From positions 147,319,741 to 147,383,740 of the forward strand of contig CM041465.1 of the NCBI GenBank assembly GCA_023213395.1: a DNA stretch of 64,000 bases, given 5' to 3'. Made by a program: the position numbers and the translations under genes. Within the stretch, counting starts at the first letter, position 1. Each line of letters begins with the position of its first letter. This DNA comes from Cycas panzhihuaensis. Lineage: Eukaryota; Plantae; Cycadophyta. Below the pieces are notes generated by a model, which did no database searches, had not been told where the DNA came from, and saw nothing but the letters and a program-made list of their open reading frames with translations. Positions 26,570 through 40,965 of the stretch are shown here, piece after piece.

Positions 26570-27600
26570 ATTAAAAATTAGGGAGAAGACAAGGAAATTG
26601 GGACAACAAGAAGAGCAACAACTAGAGTTTAGACGCACAACGATTGTAAGCGCCATGGCCAAAGAGATGGCTAGACTTGAAGCTAGTGATAGAAGATAAA
26701 GCTATAATTGGCAATGACAACTAAACTAGTGATAAAGATGGCAATTGGCAACCTAGAGACTAGCAATTCTCAAAGGGATGGATGAGTGACCAATCATTGA
26801 CAAGATGGCAACCATTCACTAGGAATCAGTATAGCCCAAAATACGATCTATGACCCAAACCATAACATGTGGTTGTAGGATTCATTCCCATAAATGATGA
26901 AGTGGAAAGGCATTAAACTTAGCAATTAAGGTAAACAAGAATTAGTTTCAAAAACCATTGAGGATGCAAATTCCAATTGTTAATAGTCATTGCAGTGGAA
27001 CAAGGGCCAAGAAGCAATTACAACCAACATGCATCTCAAAAAATGATTGTTTCTGCTAAGAAGGCTATAAAAACCAAAAGGAGATAAAACAAAAGATAGA
27101 TAGAAATAAGTCAAATGTGTACAATTCCTCTTTGTAGATTATAATGGTTACCAACTCTCCTAGGGCTCCTTCAAGAGCTTCCTCTAGGGAGAATCTTTTT
27201 ACATTACTAAAAGATATTTTATTCATATGCCTTCTTTCCTTATATTATAATATGAGAAGTCCTCAAAAGCATGTCATCATTAATATATGAAACATGCTCC
27301 CATGTTGTTTTACTTAGCATAACATCTACTGGTTTGGGCCTTAACATTCTCCTTGAACATCAAGGTTAGTAGCAATGCTTTGTTTAATGAACTAACTACA
27401 CCCACTAAATTTGTTTGTTGATACTTTAGCTCAACATTGAAGTACTTAGAGAGAGCCATACAATTTGTTCTAGTGTCAAGGCCACAAACAACCACCTGCT
27501 ATTCGTTCTAGTGTTGGTATTATAGCCATTTTATGATTTGAATTAAAACTAGTTTGGATGTCTAGGCCAAAGGCTTCAACCCATTTAGATCATAAATTTT
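26570..27600 (+). repeat. Dispersed repeat, probably a gypsy LTR portion
   Basis: Aligns by eye with 32252-32266 plus 38996-39870, and partly with 29045-29150 (shared atgacccaaacc, gcaattaaggtaaac, ctctcctagggctcctt). Confidence 0.75.
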
Positions 27601-28524
27601 GGTATTATAGCAAGTTTGAACCGTAGAAGAAGGCTTCTACATGCTACACTCGAATGGTTTGAGCTTGAACAAGTGATGTTCAAGAAGGCCCACATTGATT
27701 GGCGCTACCTTTGCCAAGTACAAGACTCCAAAGGACTACAGGTGAAGGAGTTCAAATAAGGATTGGATGCAAGAAGATTCATAAAATGCCATTATGTAGT
27801 GGAAAGGGAACTTTAATGGCATATTGTTGTATTGAACCCTAGTCACAAAGAAGATGATAGAAAGGGGAATGGATTGGTAGACATAAAGCACATGTAAGAC
27901 CCACAAAGGCATTGCAGGGGGGTGGGATTTTTCACCTAAATAGAACCCTATTAACATGCAAGATCCATTAAGGCCTTGTCAGTGGTACAAGACCCAAGAG
28001 AGACCAATTGCCTAGTGATCTTAAAACAAGATCAAGGGTATCTAAGATAAGTCACTAATGAGGGAACACAAATAGTTCTCATAATTGTTGAAGTTACAAC
28101 AACACTATTCTCTTCTTGCATAAGGTCGAAGATACATAAAAGATGAAAGAAATAGAAGGAAGTTATGGCATGCATAATTACTTATGAGCATAGCATGAGT
28201 CACCACTAACTCAAGAGATATGTGTTGTAGATTTTGAACTATGTAAACAAGGACCTCCTGTGAAGCTGGTAGGTATAGTATCTAGTTATGCATGTATATA
28301 AGTGGATGGTTGCTCCCTCACATAAACATCGTTTGATTGGTGGTTGGAGGTAAATAACAACATGCAATTGTATGAAGGAAAGGTGGACGATGAAAGTTGC
28401 ATCATACACAACTAGTTTTAGATTCACCATTATATTTCTATTGTAAAATTCTTTGTACTATCATAATCATACAAATGTTCAAATAATTAATATAATTTAG
28501 TAAAGGAATCATTTTTGATGGATG

Positions 28525-28660
28525 GTTATGGGTATACAAATAACCTTCAATTATGGATCAGCTAAAAACCCTTCAATTTTATGTAAGTTGTAATCCTTAG
28601 TTATGGATAAGCTGAAACCCATGAGTTATGGGTAAGCCCAAACCCTCAATGTGAGTTATT
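28525..28660. repeat. Degenerate ~24-bp minisatellite
   Basis: gttatgg(g/a)taagc..aaaccc units, about 5 copies. Confidence 0.6.
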
Positions 28661-29159
28661 GCCAAGTAGGACTTGAGTTTGTTATATGCCAACTGTAAGC
28701 CTTTAGGATTAGAGGTTAGCCCTTAGGAAAAACTTTAACATTATAATTGTGAGATCCTTAATGTTGAACTATGTATCCGAGAGACATCTTAGCAAGTGGT
28801 AGGCACAACATTTGGTTACCCATGTGTCCTAGTAGATGGCCATATTCTTGTGTAGACTACATCTGGATTTAAATAAAAATATTGTCCAGTAGGAAGTGAC
28901 TAATCTAAATGTAAAGATACAAGAGGAATTGTAAGGAGCTAACTAGAACTTATTATAGAATGTGTAATATTATGAAGAGGAGGAGTTTTCTTGATTCATG
29001 CTGCAGTGATGGGGACCATCATTCTTACATATGAAAGGTCTAATCTAGAATAAAAATTTGAGAGACAACAAGGAAATGAGGATTACAAGAAGACTAATGA
29101 CTAGAGTTTGGGTGTTCAACAGCTATAAGGGCTATTGTTGCAAACCGACAACCTTAAAA

Positions 29160-29365
29160 TTATTGACGTAAAAGCAAGAGAAGCATAAATTAGTATATAT
29201 AGGTCTCTTTTGACAAATATGTGTTATTGGATTTGTATTGGCTTATTTTTGGGATTCCTACACCTATCTTCGGGTAGTTGTCTCTTTGATATTTGTTTAT
29301 TTTTTTGGGTTTAATCAATTTAGTTCAACTTTTCAATTTTAGCCTACCACAAGTGATATCAAAGC
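29160..29365 (+). repeat. LTR 3' end with degenerate iMet PBS
   Basis: ...cctaccaca ag tgatatcaaagc (29354-29365) resembles tggtatcagagc. Confidence 0.4.
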
Positions 29366-31559
29366 TGTGTAGACTAGGAGACTTGATTTTGAACTTTGAA
29401 TTGGCATTTTAGTTTCAAGGAGATCGTCTAGTGTTTGAGTTCAAAGGAGATCATGTGAATGCAACGATGGAAGGATGTATTTGGTTATATTCTTGTCCAG
29501 TGTTTTAGTTCAGAGGAGACTGTCTAGATGCGGCAACAAATTGATGTATTAAACCCACGAGATGTATTTAGTTATATTCTCATGAGATATGGTAAGTTGG
29601 GTGTGACCTCGATAAACGACTTTCAAATTTGATTTGGCCCTGTTATTTTGGTGACATTACCTCAAGAGATGGCTTTGAATTCTGATTTGGCCTTGTCATT
29701 TTCATGACGTTTAGCTTGACAAACATAGACTCTTTTGATCTCCTCATATTCCTGTATTGAATTTGGTTGAATTCTTGGTGGGAGCTCACACATTATTTCA
29801 ATTTAGTCTCGCCTCTCGATCGTTACAACCCTTGCACTAATAAACAAACCACGTGAGGATCCATCCATTAGACTGCCATTCAAAGAGCTACACCAGAAGA
29901 GCAAAGATTTGTTTGAATATCCATGTGTGCAAAGAGTTGCATTTGAGTATTTTGGGGAGTACACGATTTAAAGTAAAAGATTCAAGTTGCATTTGAATAT
30001 TTCGAAGAGTAGAAGATCTGTCATTTGAATATCCACACATTTGAAGAGTTGCCACAAGAATATTTGCATTGGAATATTGTGAAGAGCAGACCACGCTCGT
30101 TGGGTAGCATATATCTAAGTGCATTACTAGCCCTTGAACCCACTGCGGAATGACTCGAAGGCAAACCTTAGGTGGAGGATTGAAGATAAATAGACAAAGA
30201 GCGTGGTGAAATCAAAATGGCAAGAGTGCACTGAAGGTGAACACAATAAGTACCCCAACAATAGCACATTGTGAAGGACTAGCACAATAGGCATTATACA
30301 TGTTTACTCACAATTCCAACCATAGTAGGAACCAACGAGGACATAGGATCCTAGGTAAGGAATTATAGGTACATATTTTCTTTAGCACCCTTTTTCTAAT
30401 TTTTACAGTAATCTCCTTTCCTATTTTCCCATTCGTCCCATAGCATTATTCTTGTTTGCTATTTGTTCATCTCTTTCGTTAGTTGATTGTTAGCACTCCT
30501 TTATTTATTCATTATTGCTTAGTCTCTTATTATTCAATCAATTTGGTTAGTTATTATTTTTCCAGTACCATTAGTTGTTTAAATTTTCTTTCGTACGAGT
30601 AGTTTGTTATACCCATTTAAATTTTTAATATAGGCCCTTGCATTTTTATTTCTCCTTATCGAGTTCATCATTTTTTTGTTATTTTTTATCTCCCCCATTA
30701 GTTCCCCAAAACAACCTCCATTAATCCTCTAGTTGAGATTGGGAAACTCCTAAGAGGACCATTTATTAGGTATAAACTCATACAAAACTTGTGAAAATTA
30801 GGGAAAAACACATAGGAACCTCACCCATAAGACTCATCCTTACCCTAGTTATGAGGGCCCTTTCTTAATTATTGTGGTTTGTTTTCTTTTTAACCTTAGT
30901 TTTCTTTCTAATTTGCCTTAATTTTTTCTTTTTATTGGTGCTTACCTTGTTAACTTTTTCATTGTAGAAACTCTTAGTGCACCATAATCGTTGTTATCCT
31001 GTCTTTTTATTTTGTCTGCTACCTTAAAATCCCTAATATTGTTTTTTATCTATTAGATTGTTCTATCCAAATGGTCTTGACCAATAGTTTTGTCCTAATC
31101 AACCAAGTGTTTCAATGGCATCCTACCCACACATTTTCAAACCTCTCATTGTTTTCTCAAAAAACTAGCATTCAAAGCACCTTAAGCTTGGAATTGAAGA
31201 AATAATGTTAGCAACTACGAGACATTGGAAGAAATTGACAATATTACTAAGCAAGTAGTGGGTTTAACCTGAGATCTTTATTTTGAGGCAAAGAAAGCAG
31301 TCATCATTGAATACAAGAAATGCATAGGGTCGTACAATTCTTGGGATCAGAGAGAATGGAGAGCTATGCTTTTGGACCAGAACAAGGATTCATGAGGTTG
31401 GAAGGAGGATTCATGAAGTTGGAAGGCATTCAAGCCAAAACATTAAACATATGGATACACTCATGAAACAACTCAATAACCAAACATCAAGGAGCGAAGA
31501 ATACCAAATAGAGAGTCATGAATAGAAGGGGCTAGAAAAGAAAGTAGAGCCATGGTCAC

Positions 31560-32215
31560 AAACTTTTTTCCCGTGCTCAAATTTGCTAATATACTCCAAA
31601 AATGTAGACATAAACATGGACAAATGGTTGGCTAAGATGATGAACACATTCATAATATATGACATTGACAACCTTAATAAGCAAGTAGCCTTTGTGATGA
31701 ATTATCTGACAAGCCCTATATACATATGGACTACTAACTCGCAAAGAGACCATCCAAAAATAATGTCATTTGAATAGTTCAAAGAATCTATTAGGGAGCA
31801 TAGGGAGGAAAACTGGGGCGACCTTTATCATGCCTAATTGGTATAATATTACCGGGGAAGAAGATTGGTGGTAGAACATTGAGGAGTTTGGAAGGTTACA
31901 AGTTAAAGCAAGCAACAAATCCAAGGATGCCCTACCGTTCTGTGTAAGCAATTTAAGAAGGGATATAAGTGTAGACATATGGTAATTCTAGCCCCAAATC
32001 CTTGAGAGCGCCATTGATTTGGCCTGACAAACAGAAGCAACAAATCAAGCCAAATAATTTGCATCTCAGTGGAGTTTAGTATACTTGGCTCCACACATGA
32101 GGACACCCATGCAAATAGATCCCCCTTTGACTCCTAATCCACCCAATAGGAGGGAAGATCTAGAAAGGGCTAGGAGAAGAGCACAAGGACTTTGTGTCGA
32201 GTGTGACCAAAACTT
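31560..32215 (+). pseudogene. Ty3/gypsy gag remnant
   Basis: DKWLAKMMNTF..KQVAFVMNYL..SFE*FKESI, followed by PMQID...LERARRRAQGLCVEC (typical gag C-terminus and knuckle start). Confidence 0.7.
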
Positions 32216-34533
32216 GGATAATGGGTACCCCCATATTTTCCCTGGAAGAATTGGCTAGACTTGAGGTTTTATGAACCTGATGGTTTACAATGTATTGATA
32301 GTGCACTCAACCAATTCGAGATGGCCAATCTCCAATTACACCAAGGTGTCCAATAGTCCAAAGACTAATTGAATTAATAATGAATGATATATAATACATA
32401 GTTGTATGCGTATTTATATGCCTTATTAGTACCTTTTTAGAATAGACACATCCCTATAGTATTAATAAATAATCATTAATTATATCCATAATAATACCCC
32501 CTTTTCAAAATGCTTCTCTCTCGAAGCATATTTTAAAGTGACAATTTGTTGTTGCCACTTGTTGATAGGAGGATATCATAATCGTTTTCTTTGTGTTGTT
32601 AAATTGTAATTCTTAATGCTTTGAGAAGTAGTAAGTTACAAGATAGAGATAGACTTGGATATGCTTGTACTATTGCAAATCAGTAGAAATCATTCGATAG
32701 ATGCCGATTTGAAGGCTGCTAGATTTCTCTATGCTCCTGTTTGCTATTTGAAGATCGTTTTTAAGGAATCTTCCATTTAATTCTAGTTTTAGAATGTAGA
32801 AATGTTTTCACTTGCAATTTGTCATTTGATGCTATGCTATTAATGCTATTTATTGGAGAAGTCAAGACTGGTGTTAATTTCTTAAAATATTGGCTTACTA
32901 AGTCACATGTTATATCAGACTCTAATTTAATAAAGACCTATGGAGAAGGATTCTCTTCAAATTTGGTTTGTCAGGAGATGAGATTGATCTCCTTGGCATT
33001 AGTGGGTCCTCTAACATATATTTCTTAATTGTTTGACCCTTACTTAGTATATATGTTTCTAATGCAAGTGTGGAACTTTCTTCATCTTTCATTATAGGTA
33101 TGCCATTCTTATTTGCTTATTTGCCAAACTTATTAGTATGCTTTTCAAAAAATCTGCCTACAAGTTTGTGTAGTTTGTTTTCTATAACAGGAATTGAGTC
33201 ATCATCTTTCCAAACTTGTTGTTATGCATCTTCTTCTTCCTGCTTAATAGGCTCATTATATAATGTCTCTAACATATCGTAATGAGTTGGTATATCTTCA
33301 TTCAAATCACTAGTGGAATGGATGTCCTTTCAATTTTGTGTTTGGGTTACTTCTTCCCTTTTCAATTGCTCACAATTTGTAGGTTTTTTATCCTTTTATG
33401 TTGCATTATTCCATGCTTCATCCTCATTTTTGCCATTATTCCCTCCCTATTGATGCAAGAATTGGGTTGTGTCTTTCTTCTTGTTTAGCATTCAAAGGCA
33501 ATTAAAATATGCTTGGATCCTAATTGCCTTTGTTTTTCTAATTTCAGGTTGTGGCAACTCTTAAGATACTTATGCATAGGTTCATTAACTAACTTAGCTT
33601 GGTACTACTTAATTTTTAGAGTGTGATTTTCGACTTTATGATAATTCTTGTTATGGTGTTTGCTTCCTCTTTCAATGTCTAATTCTTGCATGACCTTTTT
33701 TCTCATGTGGGCTTATTCTATTATAGTTATTTTTTCGAACATTTTCTTCATTAGCTTGTTAGCGATGATTGTTGCATAACTATAGTAATAGGTTTGACCA
33801 TAAGTTTTTGAATTTTTAAAATTTCTTCTTCATTTCCTTGCTGAGTTAGGATCTTGCCTAATGTTTTTCCTCGGTCCCATTGATAAGATTTTGGTATCAA
33901 AATTTATTTATTTTGCTGTTCATGCTTGCAAGTGTTTCATAAGAGAGCACTATGAGTTTTAAACAAAATGTCCCTTTATATTGATTGGATGAGTAGGTGA
34001 GATGTCAATGGATGAATAAATACAATATCTATACTTGTGGTAGGATGCCAGAAACAATAAGGTGGCTATTCTATAAATCACATGGTGTTTATATTTTTCT
34101 TCTTTGAGCAATGATGTGATAAATAGTAGTTTAACTCTTCTTTTAAATTTGTTACTTAAACTCCCTAAATGAATTATAATAATGTATATTTATATTGGCT
34201 CGTGTATCTCTAGTAAACCTATAGCATATTTGACCTTTGTTTTTCCCCAATTATAGAATTTATTTCCAAAATTAGAAACACACTCTAAAAACATCAAATA
34301 GAAGGCTATTTTTGTAAAATTTCACCTTGTAATGCTTTAATCCTTTTAATTAAAAAGGAATATTATAAGAAGATATACCAAATTTAATAAACCTTAGGAA
34401 TTATTCCAATTTGTTTTTTTTTTTTTTTGGTTTTGTGTTTTACTCCTTCCATGCAGTATTTGGTTGCAATGTTAGTATGCTTGCAGGTAACCATGTGATG
34501 TGTGCCTATGTGGCATAGGTAGGGATAACCACC

Positions 34534-34961
34534 TTTACATGGAGTTGTTGATGATCTGAGAGAGAGAGATCCTTTGAGGAGAGAAATTATCTACGGTGTT
34601 GATAACTAGAGAAAGATGAATAACTACATGTGATGCTTTAGAAAACAGAGATATTGGTGGCATTTATTAAAGAGAGCTATTGTCATTGTTGGAGACGATG
34701 GTGGTAAGGTTAATGAATTCCATGAATGTTGTTATTACTTTATATGTATATATATTCTTTTATATGGAGTTGTTGATGATCTAAGAGAGAGAGATCCTTC
34801 GAGGAGGGAAATTATCTATAGTGTTGATAACAAGAGAAACATGAAGAGCTACATGTGATACTTTAGAAAAGAGAGATATTGGTGTCATTTATCAGAGGGA
34901 GCTATTGTCATTGCTAGAGACAATGATGGTAAGGTTAATGAATTCCATGAATGTGGTTAGT

Positions 34962-34975
<14 letters not shown>
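34534..34975. repeat. Two-copy tandem duplication, period 225 bp
   Basis: Units start at 34534 and 34759 (ttta[c/t]atggagttgttgatgatct). Confidence 0.92.
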
Positions 34976-35217
<242 letters not shown>

Positions 35218-35714
35218 TTTGTGTTTTCCCTCCTATGTTTTAGGGGCAACCATGTGTGAGTCATTAGTTGTCTTTCCTTTCCTTCTGAGGAATAAATTAC
35301 TTATATGCAACATGGCATATGCTTGGGAATTCAAAATTGGTGCCATAAAGACAAACATTAATGGCTACAAATGCCATCATAAAATCTTCTTGGGTTCCAA
35401 CTTTCTTTGACATTTTTAACTAATTTATCTTTCTCCTTTGTTCTGTTCTTATGTGACAACTGTGTACAACTACAGACATAAACAATCTTCACAAATTGAA
35501 TTAGTTTTATCAAAGAGTTGTGTTCCTTGTGAATGCATCAAGTTATTGTATTCAATGAACATTTAGTTCTTACACGTCAATTGATGTAGTACTCATTACT
35601 TACTCTTATTTCAATGGGTGATGGGAATGATAGATATTTGGAATGGAAAATGGCAATATTAGTGATTATATATGCAGGTTGATGTAAGTGAAAGTGACAA
35701 ATGGAAGGAACCCA

Positions 35715-38540
35715 AGCTAGAGCATGGAGGGTGTATACATACAAAGAATATTGAGGGGAAAAAAAACTCAAACTATATTATTAATAATGTCAAATGTTTA
35801 TATTATATCTGAGTCATTTGAGAGATGTTATAATGGTTCACATGCGTGAGAGAGATACTTAACCCACAAAATAACCCATGATTAAACATTATTTTCTAAC
35901 ACCCCCCCATAATGTTTAATTTTGTTACATCAAGTGATTTGAATTCTTTTGTCTCACTACTTCATATGTGCTTCGACTTGTGCTTCTTCATTTAGGTTGT
36001 TTGTCAACCTTTCTAGATTTGTAGTACTTCTGTGGACCATAATGAGCAATTACCGCAAGAAATTGTTGCTACAAGTAGGTAGCCACTTTGCCACCTTGCT
36101 ATAATTCCTACAGCTATCCATCCAATTGGGGATACTCCAAAAACATATTGCATGCATGGTTTCACAATGAAATCTTAAAGGCAACAAGGTTGTATAAACA
36201 CACAAACAACCCTTCAACATGTGTTTATTACATAGGAAAGACATTAAGTATCAGGCAAAACCACAACTGTCGCAAGTAGATCACAATTTACAAATCTTAT
36301 TAGGTTATAAATATGGGGATTATAGGAAAATTGTAACTTGCATGCTGTTAGTAGTAGAGAAACAAGAGGAATGGACTTTGCCACATTGTAAAAATCTTTC
36401 TAGAGAATGATTATGTAGATTACAAAGCATTTATGCTCATATTAACTACTATCATTTTGACATTCCAAGGAAATTAACAATTTTCAAAAAATGGATATTT
36501 ATTTCCTTCTTTGCTGCCTCCACAACTTCAATACCTATTAAAATCTACGAAAAACTATTAAGGCGATTTCACAACTTGTATTTTACTTGGGCATTTGGTA
36601 TGCACAATTCATTCAATCTTTTTAATAAACATTTGGTCTGCAAAGTTCTTGTAGACATTTTGTCAAATATTTTGTGTGCAGGGTTCTTTTAGGCATTATT
36701 ACAAATATTTTCTTTGCATGCATTCACTATTTCATGAATTTCATCAAATGTAATTTTTAAAGATTTAATTTCTAAGAGAATTACCCATGCCAATTCATTA
36801 CTTTCTCTTTGCCTTAGAATTTTTGCAACACTACAATTTCTCCCATGGTCCATGCAAACATTTTGTCAAACATTTGGTTGACACCACCAATGGTCTTCTT
36901 TGTTGTCTTCTATGTTCTATGAATCATCTACTCCAACTACAACAGCTTGCTCCTCATTTAGAGACCAACTTTGCTTAGTTTCAACATTTGGGATTTCAAT
37001 AGAATTTGTTGTTGTTGTTTCGAAGGTGGTTCAAGTTGGTGTTGTGCTAAACATCCTAAATGTTATCAGAATCTTTGTCTTAAATAATGTAGTGTCTTTT
37101 GCAAAAGTGCATTTCACTCCCATGCCACTCTTCCTCTGCACTTAGCCCCTCCTTTCTACATTGTGATTGTTTGTTTTACTGATCCCATTGATGCATACTC
37201 TCTCAAGATGTTGATCTTTATTCGAAAGGAGTTAATTGGGGAAATGCACAACAACCCATGTTGCTCCCACACATTGGCAACTTGGCAATGCATTGCACTA
37301 TTTCATTTGCATTGTGTTTGAAAGCATAGTGTAACTATGTAGCACTTTGCGTTGAGTTATGAACTTTGAAGTGGTATAATTCAGCTTGTTGGCCGCATCT
37401 TTGCTTAAGCATCATGCTCTTAAATGAAAGGTCATTTTGCCATGGTAGACCATCTTTTCTTGCCAAAAAAATTCACCCTTTTACTTCTAATGGACTTGAT
37501 TAGATAGGGGACCCTAAAGAAGCTCACAAAAATGTGGTCCTTGAAATCTTGATACCTAAAACTTTTAGACTTGAGATAATGCTTTTGGTATTTCTTGTCA
37601 AATCTTGTTTGATGACCCACTTTGTTTATGAGCATAGGGAAGGATTTCGGTTTCACATATATTTGAAAAACTAGGTACCTCCTATTGACAAAGTCCATGC
37701 TATCTTCTAGCCCCAAATCCTAGATTGCCCCCATTTACTCCAAATGTCTCTTTACATTGAGCAAAATACATGTGAGTGGCCACTTGCCTATGGAGTAGTA
37801 GCTGTAAGGGCTATGGTGAAGGATGTCATGTTAGAACAACCTCCACTCCACTATCGACTAAGCATTCATTCTTGCAACTAAAGCCAGTATGAACTTTGTG
37901 CTTTGGGCTTATATGTTTGATAACAAACAACCTTGGAGATCCTTTCATGATGGAGCTTACAACCTTGTAATTGTGTTCTTCAATGTCTCTCTTGCTATGT
38001 CTCTGGTGGGTGTCATTTTGGCTATGTGGACCAAACATGAATTCTCCTTAGCAAGCGTTCCACATTCGACTTCTTTCTTAAAGCTTCTCCATTGCCTCTA
38101 GCATCTATATTCAATGTTTCCAAGATCTCAAATGCCATAGACAGTTTTAGCACTCTTGCCTAACCTCAAATGTCACTTCATGGGCACCATAGGATTTTAG
38201 AAACACCCACATCCATGTGTACCAACTAAGAAATCATTTTTCTCACCTTCAAGAAAAATCCCAGTCCCAGATCTGAGAAATGTCACCTTAGGCATTCTCC
38301 ATTGAGCATAGTAGCCTCTTAGACTTGCTCTAATACCATGCTAGAATTTCAAGATGTGCACATTTAAAGAATATTGATGAAAAAAATATTTAGACTATAT
38401 TATTAATAATGTCAAACATGTACATTATATATGAATCATATGAGAGACATTATAATGGTTTACATGAGAGAGATAGCTAACGTTAGAATGGTTTGTATGA
38501 GAGAGAGAGCTAACTCATGATTAAACATTATTTTCTAATA
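35715..38540 (-). mobile_element. Non-autonomous copia-type LTR element with gag N-terminal remnant
   Basis: LTRs ~35715-35901 and 38339-38540. PBS gctctaatacca at 38327-38338. PPT plus ccccccc-ataatgtt from 35902. Gag-start-like LEGEKNDF/SWYTWMWVFLKSYG at ~38188-38253. No pol motifs and no clear TSD. Confidence 0.8.
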
Positions 38541-38995
38541 GTTTTGTTACAACATCTCAAGGTGTTGTTTGAGCAAACAACATAAGTGTTGGGATGAGAA
38601 TGGTACTAGCAAACAATTGGGTAATGAAAATGAAGGCAAATGATAGTGCCGATGTACAATAGATGCATGGTGGTGAGAACTAATGGGCATAATTTTGTTA
38701 TTTATTTATTTATTATTTATTATTATTATTTTCTTTTTCTTGCTCACAAACACATAAAAGGGCTCTAATACCACTTGTTATGAACTTGATGATTCATAAT
38801 GTATTGATAGTGTGCTCAGTGTATTCAAAATGACCGATCTCCAATTACGCTGAAGTGTCCAATAGTCTAAAATCTAATAAATTGATTTAATACTAAATGA
38901 CATACAATACATAGTCATATGCATTATTAGTTATCTTTTCCGCATAGGCACATCCCTACAATATTAATAAATAATCATCAATTATATCTATAATA

Positions 38996-39870
38996 TGAAG
39001 CCAACAATGGAAGATAGACCTGCAATTAGCAATGATAACTGAACTTGGGACAAATTTGTGAGTTGGCACCTAAGAAACTAGCGACTAGTAAAGGTATTAA
39101 TGGGCAATCGATGATTAGGAATTAATAGTGTTCTAAATAGGACCTATGACCCAAACCATGATATGTGGCTATGGGATTCATCCCCACAAATGATGACATG
39201 GGGAAAATGCTAGCTGTGGCAATTAAGGTAAACTAGAATCAATTTCAAGAATTATTAGATGCAAATGCTAATTGTGAGCAATTGATGCAACAAAATAAGG
39301 GCCAAGAAGGAGTTACAACTAATGAGCTTCTCCAACAATTAGAACTTCTCCTACGAAGGCTATAAAAGGCAAGGGAAGATAAAAGATAATTAGAAAAATG
39401 TCACACTTATACAAGTCCTCTTTATACAGTGTTATGTTTAACACCTCTCCTAGGGCTCCTTGGGAGTTTCATCAAGTGAGAATCTCTTTACATTAATAAA
39501 AGATACTTTATTCATATGTTTTCTCTCCTTATTTTGTGATATGAGAAGTCCTTCTAGGTATGTTGTCATTAATATATGAGTCATGCTCCCATATGGTTTT
39601 ACTTGGCAAAACATCTAGTAGTTTCAGCCTTAACATATTCCTCAAATATCTAGATTAGTAGCAATATTATGAACCAATTGCACCCACCAAACCTACATGT
39701 TGATACCTCGACATAGCACTAGAGTACTTAGAGGGAGCCATACAAGTTGCCTTGGTAGCAAGGCCACAAATTGGCACTTACTATTTATTATAATGTTGGT
39801 ATTAGAGCCATTTTATGACTTGAATAAGGAATATTTTGGATATCCAGGCCAAAGGCCTGAACCCTTTCAA
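38996..39870 (+). repeat. Second copy of the 26570-27600 repeat
   Basis: Continues ggctagacttgaag across the 32267-38995 insertion. Confidence 0.75.
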
Positions 39871-40911
39871 ATCAAATATATGGTACTTTCACCTTTACAC
39901 TACTTTCCTAATATCTCCACCCTCACATAAGCCTTTAAATAGAAATAGTTGCCACAAATTTTCAACTAAATGAAAATTTGTTAAATTAATCCAAATGCAA
40001 TAATAGTCTTCTCCTAACATCTTCCTCAATGTGCTAGGACCTATATTGACATCCTTTGTTGCTATTGTCGAGATTTGTGACCTTTTCCTTCTTATTTGAC
40101 TTACTAATGCTTAGAAATATCATTAAGCAATAATTAACATAATGGATTTTTATTTCATAGGGTTTACTTATCTCATCTTAGCAATGATTTGTAATTAGCA
40201 AGCAAAACCTAAATAATTTATTCACTTTTCCTATCTCTTTTCCTCTAAATACAAGTAGGCAATGCTTTCATTACACCTAATGCTATAAAATAAGTTTTCT
40301 TTACTAGACATCCAAAAGTCAACTACAAACTCACTAAATTTATTTAACATTATCAAAATTCCTTTAAATTCATGTCTAAAGTTAATTTAACCCCCAATAA
40401 TTTGCATTTCCTTTTTTATTTGGACAATTGTTAAAGGGAATGATTTTGTAAGAGCATGGTAGTAACAGTGTGAGAATGTAGTTTTGTGTGTGTGTGTGTG
40501 TGGTTATAAGAAGCAATGGTGAATAGAAGGTTGAAAGGATGTTGCACTCTGTCTTTTTATATTACATATATTTTGGAGCTTGCAAAGATCAAATTTGGTT
40601 TTTTACTTTCTTGTTGTTATTTTTATATGAAGGTATGGCATTTGATTCTTGTAAGATATATACATATTTATACTCTAATGTGGGCATGCAAACACTATAT
40701 CAAGTGATTATATGTGTGTGTGTGTGCACGCATGCGCAGATGTGCGCATGTGAATTATAAATACGTGGTCCCATGAACAATGATAACCATGACAATCCTA
40801 TATCAAGATATTCTATCCCATATGTGGTGGTTGTCAAGGTATGTGGATACTCTAGCATATAAACACTCCAACTAATATATATATAGATATGGGACAATAG
40901 GTGCTCATTAG

Positions 40912-40913
<2 letters not shown>

Positions 40914-40964
<51 letters not shown>
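40914..40964. repeat. (CT)n(TA)n microsatellite; short (GT)n tracts at 40486-40502 and ~40713-40725
   Basis: Direct read. Confidence 0.95.
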
Positions 40965-40965
<1 letters not shown>

